From: a candidate division WOR-3 bacterium
GTDB lineage: Bacteria; Hydrothermota; Tepidihabitantia; Tepidihabitantales; Tepidihabitantaceae
Reading direction: 5' to 3'
Assembly (NCBI GenBank): GCA_965649205.1
Contig: CBFGJV010000003.1
Coordinates: 53,187-107,391, forward strand
Length of the DNA stretch: 54,205 bases
This document shows positions 29,376 to 39,543 of the stretch, piece after piece (position 1 is the first letter of the stretch; the number at the start of each line of letters is the position of its first letter). The translations under genes were made by a program, and so were the position numbers. Under the pieces are notes generated by a model. That model saw only the letters and a list, made by a program, of their open reading frames with translations, did no database searches and was not told where the DNA came from.

Positions 29376-30842
29376 ATGTCAGAGACTCACAGAGAAGATC
29401 TGCATTCTCGTCGTGCCAAGTTGGCCAAGCTAAACGAATTGGGCATACCCGCTTACGCCTACCGCTGGCCCCTAACACACCGGTGTGCGGAAATAGTGGC
29501 AAGTTTTGAGCAGCTCGCATCCGCAAAAACAGAAGTGACAGTGGCCGGGAGACTTATGTCACGACGTGAGCATGGCAAAACCCAATTCGGTCACATTCAA
29601 GATAGCACCGGCAGGGTGCAAGTTTATTTGCGCCAGGATACCTTGGGGGAAGAGGCATTTGCGAAACTTTCCCTGCTGGACCTGGGTGACATCGTAGGCT
29701 GTCGGGGAGAAGTGTTCCGCACTAAGACCGGAGAGATTACAGTTCACGCCAAAGAAGTAGTGCTGTTGGCCAAATCCCTACGCCCTTTGCCTGAAAAATT
29801 CCATGGACTCAAGGACGTCGAGCTGCGCTATCGCCAGAGATATTTGGATCTGCTTGTGAATCCGGATTCACGTGCGGTTTTTCTCGCCCGTTCGCAGATA
29901 ATAGCCGCTTTGCGCCGCTTCCTTGACGCCCGTGGTTTCATTGAAGTAGAAACCCCAACCTTGCAACCGATTTATGGTGGAGCGGCTGCTCGCCCTTTTG
30001 AAACTTACTACAACGTTCTAGATCAAAAAATGTTTCTCCGCATTTCCGATGAACTATATCTGAAGCGCCTGATTGTAGGCGGGCTCGACCGCGTCTATGA
30101 AATATGCAAAGATTTCCGCAACGAAGGACTGGATCGTACCCACAACCCTGAATTTACCCAGATAGAGCTATATCAAGCCTACGCTGACTACACAGATATG
30201 ATGGAACTAGTTGAAGAACTTTTCCGATTCCTGGCGCAGGAAATACGAGGCACTACCGAAATAACCTTTGCCGGAAAGAACGTAGACCTGGGTCACCCCT
30301 GGCAGCGTATCCGCTTCGTCGAAGCGCTAGCGGATAAACTGCAGACCGACCCGCTTCGCCTGTCTACCGATATGCTGCACAAACTGTGTAGCCGTTTTGG
30401 CATTCGCACTTCTCCCGAGAATTCCCGGGCCAAACTTTTAGACAAGCTGTTCTCTGGGCTAATTCAGGATCACATCGTGGAACCCACTTTCGTCATGGAT
30501 CACCCGAAAATAACCTGCCCTTTAGCCAAGACACATCGCAGTAATCCAGAGTTAGTCGAACGTTTCGAACCCGTTATATGCGGCATGGAACTGGGCAACG
30601 CCTTCAGTGAACTAAACGACCCAGTTGAACAACGACAAAGGTTCGAGGCGCAACTGGCCGCAAACGAAGAATTCGCCACCTTGGACGAAGACTACTGTTT
30701 AGCGCTAGAATACGGTATGCCTCCTACTGGGGGACTCGGTCTAGGGGTAGACCGGCTCGTAATGCTCTTGACGGATACCCCCTCCATCCGCGATGTGATT
30801 CTATTTCCCCAACTACGCTCACCCGAAAAACCAGAGGCGTGA
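29376..30842 (+). CDS. lysS: Lysine--tRNA ligase (class II)
   Basis: Motifs RYRQRYLDL, GGAAARPF, FRNEG..THNPEFT and YGMPPTGGLGLGVDRL. Confidence 0.98.
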   Translation: MSETHREDLHSRRAKLAKLNELGIPAYAYRWPLTHRCAEIVASFEQLASAKTEVTVAGRLMSRREHGKTQFGHIQDSTGRVQVYLRQDTLGEEAFAKLSLLDLGDIVGCRGEVFRTKTGEITVHAKEVVLLAKSLRPLPEKFHGLKDVELRYRQRYLDLLVNPDSRAVFLARSQIIAALRRFLDARGFIEVETPTLQPIYGGAAARPFETYYNVLDQKMFLRISDELYLKRLIVGGLDRVYEICKDFRNEGLDRTHNPEFTQIELYQAYADYTDMMELVEELFRFLAQEIRGTTEITFAGKNVDLGHPWQRIRFVEALADKLQTDPLRLSTDMLHKLCSRFGIRTSPENSRAKLLDKLFSGLIQDHIVEPTFVMDHPKITCPLAKTHRSNPELVERFEPVICGMELGNAFSELNDPVEQRQRFEAQLAANEEFATLDEDYCLALEYGMPPTGGLGLGVDRLVMLLTDTPSIRDVILFPQLRSPEKPEA

Positions 30843-30921
30843 CCCGAAAAATAGTTGGTCCTCCAAAAATGCTTTTGTCTTGCCATCTGTATGTTTTCCA
30901 AATTGCCGCGTAGTCTACGCT

Positions 30922-32196
30922 ATGCGTTTTGAACTGTTTGTTGCAGTCCGCTATTTGCGTGCACGGCAAGGTAAACGGCTATCAGGTATTACCGCCATTG
31001 CGATCGGCGGTGTTTTTGTTGGTGTAGCCGCGATTCTTATCGTGCTTTCCGTTATAAACGGTTTTCACCAGGAACTTCGCGATCGAATACTCGGCGCCAC
31101 GCCCCATATAGTTGTTACCAAATACTCCTATGAGCCATTGCCCTATACGGGGGCAGACGATACTCTATTAGCCAGACTAACCCGCTTTCCTGGTGTGGTT
31201 AGCGCAGCTCCCTTCGTTTATACCAAGACCCTCATTCGCTCGGCCAAGAGTGTAGAAGGCGTAGTAGTAAGGGGCATAGACCCTGACCGGGAGAAAGAAA
31301 TAACCGATATTGGTGCCACCATAAAGGAAGGTACTTTCTCATTCGCAATTGGCAGTTCTGAAGAAGAAATATCCCAAGAAACTGAGGGCCTTGATCATTC
31401 TATTCCAGGCGTGGTTATAGGTGTAGAACTTGCCCGCGTGATGGGAGTATCTGTGGGGGACCGTCTGAACATAGTATCTCCCTATGGCGGAAACTTCACC
31501 CCCTTGGGGTTTATTCCCCGCACTGGGCACTTTCGCGTAAACGGCATATTCGATTCGGGTATGTATGAGTACAACTCCAGTTTTGTATACGCAAGCCTGC
31601 CCGATCTACAGAAATTTCTGGGCATGCCGGGCATGATAACCGGCTATGAGTTACGTGTAGCCGACGTATACCGCGCCGGTGAACTGGCCAAACGTATCAG
31701 CACTAAGCTGGGTTATCCCTATCGTGCCGTAGACTGGATTCTACAGAACCGTAACCTTTTCACCGCCCTCAGGCTGGAAAAAGTAGTAACTTTCATTGTG
31801 CTCGTACTCATTGTGCTCGTGGCTGCTTTCAATATCGTGGGCATGCTGACAATGATCGTTTTGCGCAAGACAAGGGAGATAGGAATTCTGAAGGCTATTG
31901 GTGCCGGACCGAGGGCGATAACCAGCATTTTTGTGTATGCGGGACTGCTTATCGGTGGGGTAGGCACATTTGCCGGCGCCCTCTTCGGCCTGCTGGCCTG
32001 CTGGCTGCTGAACAAATATCGTTTTGTCACGTTGCCAGGAGATGTGTATTTCATAAAGAACCTGCCCGTGCAGATGCAATGGCAGGATTTCCTTCTGGTC
32101 TGTGTTTCAGCCCTAGTTATCACCTTGCTGGCGACTTTCTATCCTGCTTACCGTGCTGCCCGGCTTGATCCCGTAGAGGCGATAAGGTATGAATAG
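30922..32196 (+). CDS. lolE: Lipoprotein-releasing ABC transporter permease LolC/E
   Basis: Motifs VRGIDP, FDSGMYEYN, VAAFNI, EIGILKAIGA and YPAYRAARLDPVEAIRYE; start ATG 30922. Confidence 0.9.
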   Translation: MRFELFVAVRYLRARQGKRLSGITAIAIGGVFVGVAAILIVLSVINGFHQELRDRILGATPHIVVTKYSYEPLPYTGADDTLLARLTRFPGVVSAAPFVYTKTLIRSAKSVEGVVVRGIDPDREKEITDIGATIKEGTFSFAIGSSEEEISQETEGLDHSIPGVVIGVELARVMGVSVGDRLNIVSPYGGNFTPLGFIPRTGHFRVNGIFDSGMYEYNSSFVYASLPDLQKFLGMPGMITGYELRVADVYRAGELAKRISTKLGYPYRAVDWILQNRNLFTALRLEKVVTFIVLVLIVLVAAFNIVGMLTMIVLRKTREIGILKAIGAGPRAITSIFVYAGLLIGGVGTFAGALFGLLACWLLNKYRFVTLPGDVYFIKNLPVQMQWQDFLLVCVSALVITLLATFYPAYRAARLDPVEAIRYE

Positions 32197-32899
32197 AACG
32201 CAGGAAGAAAACAAAGGGCTCCACTTACCAGTTCTAGAAGCCCATAATGTGTGGCGCGTTTTCCAGACTGGGCCGGAAAAACTGGAAGTGTTACGTGGCG
32301 TAAACTTAGAAGTGAAGCGTGGCGACTTCGTAGCCATTCTCGGTCCCTCCGGTAGTGGCAAATCAACACTTCTGCACATACTAGGAGGCTTGGATCGACC
32401 TACTCAAGGACGCGTACTACTAGATTCATTGGACCTATCCAGTTGTTCGCCTTCAAAACTTCCCGAACTCCGAAACAAAAAAATCGGCTTTGTTTTCCAA
32501 TTTCATCACTTACTGGCCGAGTTTACAGTACTGGAGAATGTTGCGCTACCTCTTTTCATTGCCGGAGTAGGACAGAAAGCTGCATACAGCCAGGCAAGGG
32601 AGGTATTGACTGAACTAGGCTTTACGGCGAGAATGAATCATCGGCCGGATCAGCTTTCCGGTGGAGAAAAGGCTCGCACTGCAGTAGCCCGAGCGTTAGT
32701 CAGCAGGCCAGCCGTAATACTCGCAGACGAACCTACCGGAAATTTAGACGTGACGTCGGCCGAGATACTGGTGAATCTATTTGTACACCTCAATGAAACC
32801 AAGGGAGTCACCTTGGTAGTGGTCACACATAATGAGGCTGTAGCAGCTAGAGCGAGTCGGAGACTCCGTCTTGATCATGGAATACTGAAGACGGTATGA
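32189..32899 (+). CDS. lolD: Lipoprotein-releasing ABC transporter ATPase LolD
   Basis: Motifs GPSGSGKST, GFVFQFHHLL, LSGGE and DEPTGNLD. Confidence 0.92.
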   Translation: MNRTQEENKGLHLPVLEAHNVWRVFQTGPEKLEVLRGVNLEVKRGDFVAILGPSGSGKSTLLHILGGLDRPTQGRVLLDSLDLSSCSPSKLPELRNKKIGFVFQFHHLLAEFTVLENVALPLFIAGVGQKAAYSQAREVLTELGFTARMNHRPDQLSGGEKARTAVARALVSRPAVILADEPTGNLDVTSAEILVNLFVHLNETKGVTLVVVTHNEAVAARASRRLRLDHGILKTV

Positions 32900-32937
32900 A
32901 ATAGCCAACAAGGAATTTTTCTCAAGAATACCACACC

Positions 32938-33438
32938 ATGAAAAAGTGCGACATCTGTCGAAAGCATAGAGCAGTTGTTAAAGTCCGCCATGTCGGAGCA
33001 GACGGAGCGACAATTGAAATGAACATCTGCGCTGACTGTGCGCGAGAACAGGGATTGACTGAAACAGAATCGCCAAAAACTGACTTGGCCCAGATTTGGG
33101 CCGATGTGCAGAGTACCAAGACTTCAAGTCTTGACCAAAAATTGCTATGCGCCAACTGCGGACTTTCTTGGGTCCAGTTCAAACGCACTGGCAGGTTGGG
33201 ATGCGCCAATTGCTATGACGTTTTCTGCGAAAAACTTGAACCCATTGTACGTCGGCTACACAATGCGGTACAACATGTTGGCAAGGCTCCGGCAGAAGGA
33301 CGAACGGAAGCCCAGAGAAGGCTGAGCAAGAAACAACTTGCTGCTGAACTGGCACGAGCCATAGAGCAAGAAAACTACGAGTTGGCTGCCGCCTTGCGAG
33401 ACCAGCTCAAAAAGATAAACCACGATGATGCAAGCTGA
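32938..33438 (+). CDS. mcsA: Protein-arginine kinase activator McsA
   Basis: Four CxxC motifs, GRLGC, HVGK and a C-terminal UVR domain (ENYELAAALRD). Confidence 0.92.
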   Translation: MKKCDICRKHRAVVKVRHVGADGATIEMNICADCAREQGLTETESPKTDLAQIWADVQSTKTSSLDQKLLCANCGLSWVQFKRTGRLGCANCYDVFCEKLEPIVRRLHNAVQHVGKAPAEGRTEAQRRLSKKQLAAELARAIEQENYELAAALRDQLKKINHDDAS

Positions 33439-34468
33439 CCCTGTTGGCAGCTGGCTGACGGCCACTGGTCCGGAATCAGACGTAGTTGTATCCACCCGCA
33501 TAAGACTAGCACGTAACCTATACGACCTACCTTTTGTCACCCAAGCCCAGCCCGCCCAACAAACAGCGGTAATAGAAACGTCACGCTTGGCTTTAGAGGA
33601 CTCAGGCTACCTGAAGCAGGGTATCTTTCTTGAAGAAGAACAACTTACTCCAGAACGCAGCAAGTTTCTTCTAGAACGTCACCTGATTTCGCCCGACTTT
33701 GCCGACTACAAAACACAGCGAGCACTGTTTCTCAACACAGAAGAAACAATTTGTCTGATGATAAACGAAGAGGACCACTTTCGCTTGCAAGCCCTAGCTT
33801 CTGGTTTAGATTTCGCTATCGCCCTTGGTAGAGCAGCTGCTTTGGATGAAAGCTTACAATCTAGGGTCAAATATGCCTTCTCGCCCCGTTTTGGTTTCCT
33901 TACCGCCTGTCCCAGTAACTTGGGAACCGGTATGCGTGCTTCGGTACTTATGCATCTGCCCGGTCTAGTCCTCACACGCGAGATTGAAAAAGTATTACGC
34001 GGAGCAATGCATATTGGTCTGGCTGTACGCGGATTATTCGGTGAGGGTTCCGAAACCAAAGGAAATTTCTTTCAAATTTCCAACCAAAGAACGTTAGGTC
34101 AATCTGAAGCAGAGATAATAGAAACCGTAACCAACAGCTGCCAACAGATAATCCAATACGAACGCAAAGCAAGGGAATACCTAATGCGCAACCTACGGTT
34201 GGAAATTGAAGACAAGGTATTTAGATCACTTGCCCTGCTCAAAAGTGCTAGAATACTAACTTCTGACGAAGCGACAAATCTCCTGGCTACAGTAAGACTG
34301 GGAATCGCCTTGGGCTTAGTAAACGAAGTTAGCCTTACGCAAATAGGTCGCCTTCTTGTACTAACCAGACCCCAGAACTTGCAAGTTTATCTAGGGGAAC
34401 AACTTAAAGCCCCGGACCGGGATGAACGCCGAGCAACTTTTGTGCGCGAAACACTCGTACGACATTGA
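33425..34468 (+). CDS. mcsB: Protein-arginine kinase McsB
   Basis: Motifs STRIRLARN, ERHLIS, NEEDH, CPSNLGTGMRAS and FQISNQ. Confidence 0.94.
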   Translation: MMQADPVGSWLTATGPESDVVVSTRIRLARNLYDLPFVTQAQPAQQTAVIETSRLALEDSGYLKQGIFLEEEQLTPERSKFLLERHLISPDFADYKTQRALFLNTEETICLMINEEDHFRLQALASGLDFAIALGRAAALDESLQSRVKYAFSPRFGFLTACPSNLGTGMRASVLMHLPGLVLTREIEKVLRGAMHIGLAVRGLFGEGSETKGNFFQISNQRTLGQSEAEIIETVTNSCQQIIQYERKAREYLMRNLRLEIEDKVFRSLALLKSARILTSDEATNLLATVRLGIALGLVNEVSLTQIGRLLVLTRPQNLQVYLGEQLKAPDRDERRATFVRETLVRH

Positions 34469-35874
34469 AACAAGAAAAGAAATCACAGGCACCAAGCGTC
34501 AAAAGTAAACTGCGCACCTTGCCGCAGGTAGGAAAATTACTGAACGACCCGCGGTTTTCCCCCATACTCAGCCGTGTGCATCGACGTCTTGCTGCACGCA
34601 CTATACGTGAATATCTGGCTGAGGTACGCGACCGCCTACTGTCTGGCAAGAACGAAGACTTCTCGGCTGAAGAACTGAAAAAAAGACTGGAAAGCCAGGT
34701 TCGTCCCAGCCTCACGCGTGCAATAAATGGATTGGGTATTGCCCTGCACACAGGTCTGGGTCGTGCCCCTCTTTCGCGGGTAGCACAGGAGGCACTGATT
34801 GACGTAAGTACTCATTTCTGCTCCTTGGAAATTGACTTAGACACTGGCAAACGTGGAAGTCGCTACAGTCACATAGACGCACTCCTCTGTGAACTAACCG
34901 GAGCTGAAGCCTGCCATGTTGTCAACAATAACTGTGCCGCCACCTTACTAGTCCTTTCTGCTCTCGCTGCAGGAAAGGAGGTCGTCGTTTCTCGCGGACA
35001 GCTCATCGAAATCGGCGGCTCCTTCCGCATTCCAGACGTAATGAAACAGTCAGGTTGCATCATGGTGGAAGTAGGTACAACCAATCGCACTCATCTTCAC
35101 GACTACCGAAACGCCATCAATGAAAACACTGCCGCCCTGTTGCGCGTGCATACTTCCAACTACCGAATATCCGGCTTCACTAAGGAAGTAAGCCTGGAGG
35201 AACTAGTTGCACTGGGAAATGAATATAATGTGCCCGTTATTGATGACTTGGGCTCAGGCGCATTAGTTGACCTTTCAAAGTACGGACTGCCTAAAGAGCC
35301 ATTGGTGCAAGAGTCCATCGCTACTGGGGCCGCTGTAGTATGCTTCTCTGGCGACAAACTCATCGGTGCAGGCCAATCCGGCATAATTGTGGGCAAGAAA
35401 GAATACATACAGAAAATGAGAAAGCATCCGCTCACCCGGGCTTTGCGTTGCGACAAACTCACTTTTGCTGTCTTGGAACGAACCCTAGAACTATTCTTGG
35501 ACAACTCAAAGCTAGAAAAGAACCACGCTTTGATGCAGATTCTTCTCAAACCGGTGGAAAAAATGCAGCAGGAAGCTGAGTCACTCCTACGCTTTCTTGC
35601 TCAGAGCTTGAACGGGAAAGCCCAAATAGAAGTCCGTCGGGGAATATCGGAAGTTGGCGGCGGCTCGCTTGCCGCCGAGGGTCTCGAATCACGAGTTGTC
35701 GCGATAAAACCCCTGACCATCGACTGTAACGAACTGGCTCGCAGAATGCGCCACCATCGCCCCCCGATATTCGGCCGTATAGAAAAAGACGAATACGTGC
35801 TTGACTTCCGCACTATCCGAGAAGACGAAACTGCCTTGATTGCCGAGGCCCTGGTGGCAGCACTCGGTGTATAG
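34465..35874 (+). CDS. selA: L-seryl-tRNA(Sec) selenium transferase
   Basis: Motifs HTGLGRAP, VNNNCAA, SRGQLIEIGGSFRIP, EVGTTNRT, VHTSNY, DLGSG and the PLP-lysine motif FSGDKL. Confidence 0.95.
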   Translation: MKQEKKSQAPSVKSKLRTLPQVGKLLNDPRFSPILSRVHRRLAARTIREYLAEVRDRLLSGKNEDFSAEELKKRLESQVRPSLTRAINGLGIALHTGLGRAPLSRVAQEALIDVSTHFCSLEIDLDTGKRGSRYSHIDALLCELTGAEACHVVNNNCAATLLVLSALAAGKEVVVSRGQLIEIGGSFRIPDVMKQSGCIMVEVGTTNRTHLHDYRNAINENTAALLRVHTSNYRISGFTKEVSLEELVALGNEYNVPVIDDLGSGALVDLSKYGLPKEPLVQESIATGAAVVCFSGDKLIGAGQSGIIVGKKEYIQKMRKHPLTRALRCDKLTFAVLERTLELFLDNSKLEKNHALMQILLKPVEKMQQEAESLLRFLAQSLNGKAQIEVRRGISEVGGGSLAAEGLESRVVAIKPLTIDCNELARRMRHHRPPIFGRIEKDEYVLDFRTIREDETALIAEALVAALGV

Positions 35875-35930
35875 GTACCCCCAATCCTAGCTGAGATTGC
35901 TGACGAATTCCCCCAAAAGTTCGTCTCCGT

Positions 35931-36965
35931 TTAACGAACCACTAGACTTTCCGCCTCTTCGACACTAGCTGGTTCCACTTCTACCATTTCGCCCGCGATA
36001 AGCACCGAAACCCGGGAAGCATTACGCTTATCACTATAGCGCGCACACAACCGCGCTGCCAAAAGACGATCAAATTTATACTCTCCGGAACGAATGGAAT
36101 GGAGAACCAAAGCCAAGGGACCCGGCAAGTGTCTCCCATCTATTACCGCAACGCCCCCCCCCCAACCGGTTAAACCCTTCTGCGCCCTGCTCAGTAGTTC
36201 TTCGTTTTCCTGCTGATTACGACCTAAGATGACTTTAGCCCCGGACTTCAAACGAAAGTGTCGTCCCAAACTCAATAGCTCTATTAACCCCACCGCATCT
36301 TCGCCATGTGCCAGTGCCTCTCGCAGCCGAATGGTATATCCACGGTCGGTAAGTAGACAACCACCGGCTGGTGGTGGGTATTCTGTTATGCCAAACTCTC
36401 TCGCCAGTTCCATCTGCCGTTGCCGGCCTCGTCCCTGTATGTCCAAAAGTTTTTCCCTATCTACCCATCCCTGCATCTCCGGAATAGTCGGGGGCAGCAA
36501 CTTCGCCGAAAGTGGCCTTAAGAGATAACCTTCTACACCTGAACGGCGTGCCACTATAGCTAACGCCTGTTTGTTCTGCGACATTGGTCTCTGCCCCAAG
36601 ACTTCCCCCGTTGCAACAAAGCTTATTTTCAGCGTCACACCTGGTTCACTCGACTTTGTCCACCCCCACGCTCGCTTCACCATTAGAATATGGCAGTCAA
36701 TGCAGGGGTTCATATTTTTCCCCCAACCATACTTTGGCGACTTTACCATATTCATAAACTCTTCGTCAATGGGCAGCGTAACCAATTCTATGCCGAGCTG
36801 CTCAGCTGCCTTTTGGGCATGACTTTTTACACCTAACCGCACTGGGCAGTAACCACCCGCAAAATTGACGCCAACAACTCTTATGCCCTGATGCAGAAGC
36901 AACTTGGCGGCCAGTATGGAATCCAACCCGCCGGACAAAAGTACTACTGCCGATACCTGGGCCAC
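35931..36965 (-). CDS. ThiI/MnmA-like tRNA thiouridylase (PP-loop ATPase with a DUF814-like C-terminus)
   Basis: Motifs SGGLDS, NPCIDC, TGEVLGQRPMSQ, RPLSAK, PAGGCLLTD and GRHFRL...GRNQQEN. Confidence 0.85.
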   Translation of the reverse strand: MAQVSAVVLLSGGLDSILAAKLLLHQGIRVVGVNFAGGYCPVRLGVKSHAQKAAEQLGIELVTLPIDEEFMNMVKSPKYGWGKNMNPCIDCHILMVKRAWGWTKSSEPGVTLKISFVATGEVLGQRPMSQNKQALAIVARRSGVEGYLLRPLSAKLLPPTIPEMQGWVDREKLLDIQGRGRQRQMELAREFGITEYPPPAGGCLLTDRGYTIRLREALAHGEDAVGLIELLSLGRHFRLKSGAKVILGRNQQENEELLSRAQKGLTGWGGGVAVIDGRHLPGPLALVLHSIRSGEYKFDRLLAARLCARYSDKRNASRVSVLIAGEMVEVEPASVEEAESLVVR

Positions 36966-37277
36966 GGTACGTTATCCGTATTTCCCTCAAAATCTCTACG
37001 CCATAATAACTTAGTTCATTCTCTTCTCAATCGCAGTTCTCCAAACCTTACGTAGACCATGAAAAAAGCTGCAGCTCCGACCCAGCACGACCGTTGGAAA
37101 TAATAAGAACCAAAGTCCTATGTAAGTCCTGGAGCCTACTAGAAACATCTGTGTACATATTGCAGATTTTGACTCCACTCCCAAACCAAATGACGATACA
37201 CTCGTGGCCGGAACTGTCAATACTACAATAATAAATTAGGTATTATACTACCAGCCCCGCTACTGCCTCACTGATGC

Positions 37278-37305
37278 TTGACACCTATGAGGAGACGAAT
37301 ATCTT
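37278..37305 (+). promoter_or_regulatory. sigma70-type promoter of purQ, probably leaderless
   Basis: TTGACA-N16-TATCTT, 8 nt before GTG 37314. Confidence 0.55.
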
Positions 37306-37313
37306 TCCTCGTT

Positions 37314-38093
37314 GTGATCAAAGCGTGCGTCCTCTTCGCTGCTGGCACTAATTGCGATGAAGAAACCTGCTATGCGTGCGAGCTGGCTGGTGCTAGGCCC
37401 GAAAAGGTGCACATCAACTTGCTAAAATCCAGAGAAAAGCGTTTGTCGGAATTCCAGATGCTCATCATTCCCGGGGGATTCTCCTACGGAGATTATGTCA
37501 GCTCCGGCAGAATTCTGGCAAACGAACTCAAATATTACTTATACGACGACATACTTGAATTTCATCGCCAAGGCAAGCCCATCCTCGGTATATGCAATGG
37601 TTTCCAGGTACTGGTCAAAGCCGGACTCCTGCCGGCTTACGAACGTCTGTTTGAACGGCAAAGCGTTACGTTAGACACCAATGACTCCGGCCGGTTCGAA
37701 GACCGCTGGGTTTGGCTCAAAACTAACGAATCTCCCTGCATCTTCACTCGTGGTCTGGATTCAATAGTCGAACTACCGGTAGCACACGCTGAGGGCAAAT
37801 TTCTGACAAAAAATTATGCCTCTCTGAAAAAATTGCGCGACAACAATCAGGTTGTATTCCGCTATGTAAACAGGTATGGCGAAAAACCAGAATACCCGGA
37901 CAACCCCAACGGCTCAGCTGACGACATAGCTGGAATCTGCGACCCTACTGGTCTGATCTTTGGTTTGATGCCACATCCGGAACGATTCATCCGACCACAG
38001 CATCATCCCGAATGGCACCGCAATCGTTTGACAAAACCGGTTGGCATCAGCATATTTGAGAATGCGGTCAAATACTGCCAAAACAACGTCTAA
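37314..38093 (+). CDS. purQ: Phosphoribosylformylglycinamidine synthase subunit PurQ
   Basis: Motifs GTNCD, PGGFSYGD, GICNGFQ, AHAEG, NPNGS and MPHPER; start reassigned to GTG 37314. Confidence 0.96.
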   Translation: MIKACVLFAAGTNCDEETCYACELAGARPEKVHINLLKSREKRLSEFQMLIIPGGFSYGDYVSSGRILANELKYYLYDDILEFHRQGKPILGICNGFQVLVKAGLLPAYERLFERQSVTLDTNDSGRFEDRWVWLKTNESPCIFTRGLDSIVELPVAHAEGKFLTKNYASLKKLRDNNQVVFRYVNRYGEKPEYPDNPNGSADDIAGICDPTGLIFGLMPHPERFIRPQHHPEWHRNRLTKPVGISIFENAVKYCQNNV

Positions 38094-38406
38094 GGGTGAT
38101 CTTCGCATCACCGTCCACCCAATACTACAGTTTGAGCGTAAGAAACGAATAAGTTTCTTTTTTGAAGGACAATCATTGACTGCCTACGAAGGCGAGACTA
38201 TAGCTGCTGCCCTGGTAGCGAATGGCATAAAAGTGTTCCGCCATACAGAAAAAATGAAACGCGCTCGAGGCTTTTTCTGTGCTGTGGGCAAATGCTCCTC
38301 CTGCCTCATGCAAGTAGATGGAAAGCCTAATGTCATGGTATGTGTAGAGCCTGTACGACCGGGTATCCGAGTAGAACGCCAGAAAGGCCGCGGGGAATTG
38401 AAATGA
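38062..38406 (+). CDS. [2Fe-2S]-binding protein (sarcosine oxidase alpha/HcnA-like N-terminal module)
   Basis: Motifs HPIL, GETIAAAL and RGFFCAVGKCSSCLMQVDG...VC; start codon uncertain. Confidence 0.85.
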   Translation: MRSNTAKTTSKGDLRITVHPILQFERKKRISFFFEGQSLTAYEGETIAAALVANGIKVFRHTEKMKRARGFFCAVGKCSSCLMQVDGKPNVMVCVEPVRPGIRVERQKGRGELK

Positions 38407-39536
38407 ACTGCACGGAACTGGCCGTAGTCGGTGCTGGACCAGCCGGCATGTCCGCAGCTTTGGTTGCAGCGGAATTGGGAGTCAACGTTACTGTTATTGA
38501 CGATGGGGGGCGTCCCGGGGGGCAGCTCATAAAACAGACACACAAGTTTTTTGGAGACAAGAGCCACTACTGTGGCATCAGAGGACTGGACATAGCCGCC
38601 CTCCTGACCTCGGCGATCAATCGTAGCAGCGTTCAACTTCTCTCAGAGACGTCGGTAATCGGCCTTTACCCGGACAAAAAAGAAAATTTTTCCGCACCTT
38701 CCTCCCAACCTGTCGCCTCCTGGATTTTGGGGCTTGCTGGAAAAAATAAGTTCTTAAAACTACGTGCCCAATCCGTTATCGTTGCTACCGGTGCACAAGA
38801 AAACAGCCTTCTGTTCCCGGGCAATGACCTGCCAGGCGTTTACGGAGCCGGGGCGGTACAAACCCTTATGAATGTGTACGGTGTCAAGCCCGGCAACCGG
38901 GTTTTGATGGTCGGGTCAGGGAATATTGGACTCATTGTTTCCTATCAGCTCCTGCAAGCGGGTATCACAGTAGTGTGCGTTGTGGAAGCTCTGCCGACAA
39001 TCGGTGGCTACCACGTTCATGCAGCTAAACTGGCAAGACTTGGCGTACCTATTCTTACCTCACATACCATCCGTCGGGCGCTAGGAAAGGACTGGGTTAC
39101 TGGCGCTGTAATCTGCAAGCTTGACCAGAAGTTCCGTCCGTTAGCCAGAACTGAACGTCAACTTGCAGTGGACACTATCTGCCTGGCAGTTGGACTTTCT
39201 CCTCTGTCCGAACTTCTTTGGCAGGCTGGGTGTCGCATGGTTTTTGTGCCGGAGCTAGGAGGACATATTGCCTGGCATGATGAGAACATGCGTACCAGCG
39301 TACCAGGTATTTTTGTAGCAGGGGATGTGGCAGGCATTGAAGAAGCTTCTTCAGCTATGTTGGAAGGCCGTATAGCTGGAGCTCAAGCCGCAGTTTTTCT
39401 GCGCGGCACCAAGGAAAAAGCTGAACGCATAGTAAGTGAATCTCAAGCCCAACTATGTGCCATGCGACTTGGCCCGTTCAGCTACAAAGTAGTCTGCGGT
39501 AGAAAAAAGCTGTCTGAGTGCGCCCCTTCTTCTTAG
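38403..39536 (+). CDS. NAD(P)/FAD-dependent oxidoreductase (HcnB/proline dehydrogenase alpha-like)
   Basis: Motifs VVGAGPAG, GGQLIKQTHKFFG, ATGA, GNDLPGV, GSGNIG and AGDVAGIEEASSAMLEG. Confidence 0.9.
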   Translation: MNCTELAVVGAGPAGMSAALVAAELGVNVTVIDDGGRPGGQLIKQTHKFFGDKSHYCGIRGLDIAALLTSAINRSSVQLLSETSVIGLYPDKKENFSAPSSQPVASWILGLAGKNKFLKLRAQSVIVATGAQENSLLFPGNDLPGVYGAGAVQTLMNVYGVKPGNRVLMVGSGNIGLIVSYQLLQAGITVVCVVEALPTIGGYHVHAAKLARLGVPILTSHTIRRALGKDWVTGAVICKLDQKFRPLARTERQLAVDTICLAVGLSPLSELLWQAGCRMVFVPELGGHIAWHDENMRTSVPGIFVAGDVAGIEEASSAMLEGRIAGAQAAVFLRGTKEKAERIVSESQAQLCAMRLGPFSYKVVCGRKKLSECAPSS

Positions 39537-39543
39537 CAGGGCC

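Noticed and set aside
34465..37300. tRNA-Sec or selenoprotein (UGA read-through) near selA
   Set aside because: I saw no tRNA cloverleaf or T-loop. The TGA-ending genes I checked appear complete, and the glutaredoxin-like protein has CxxC.
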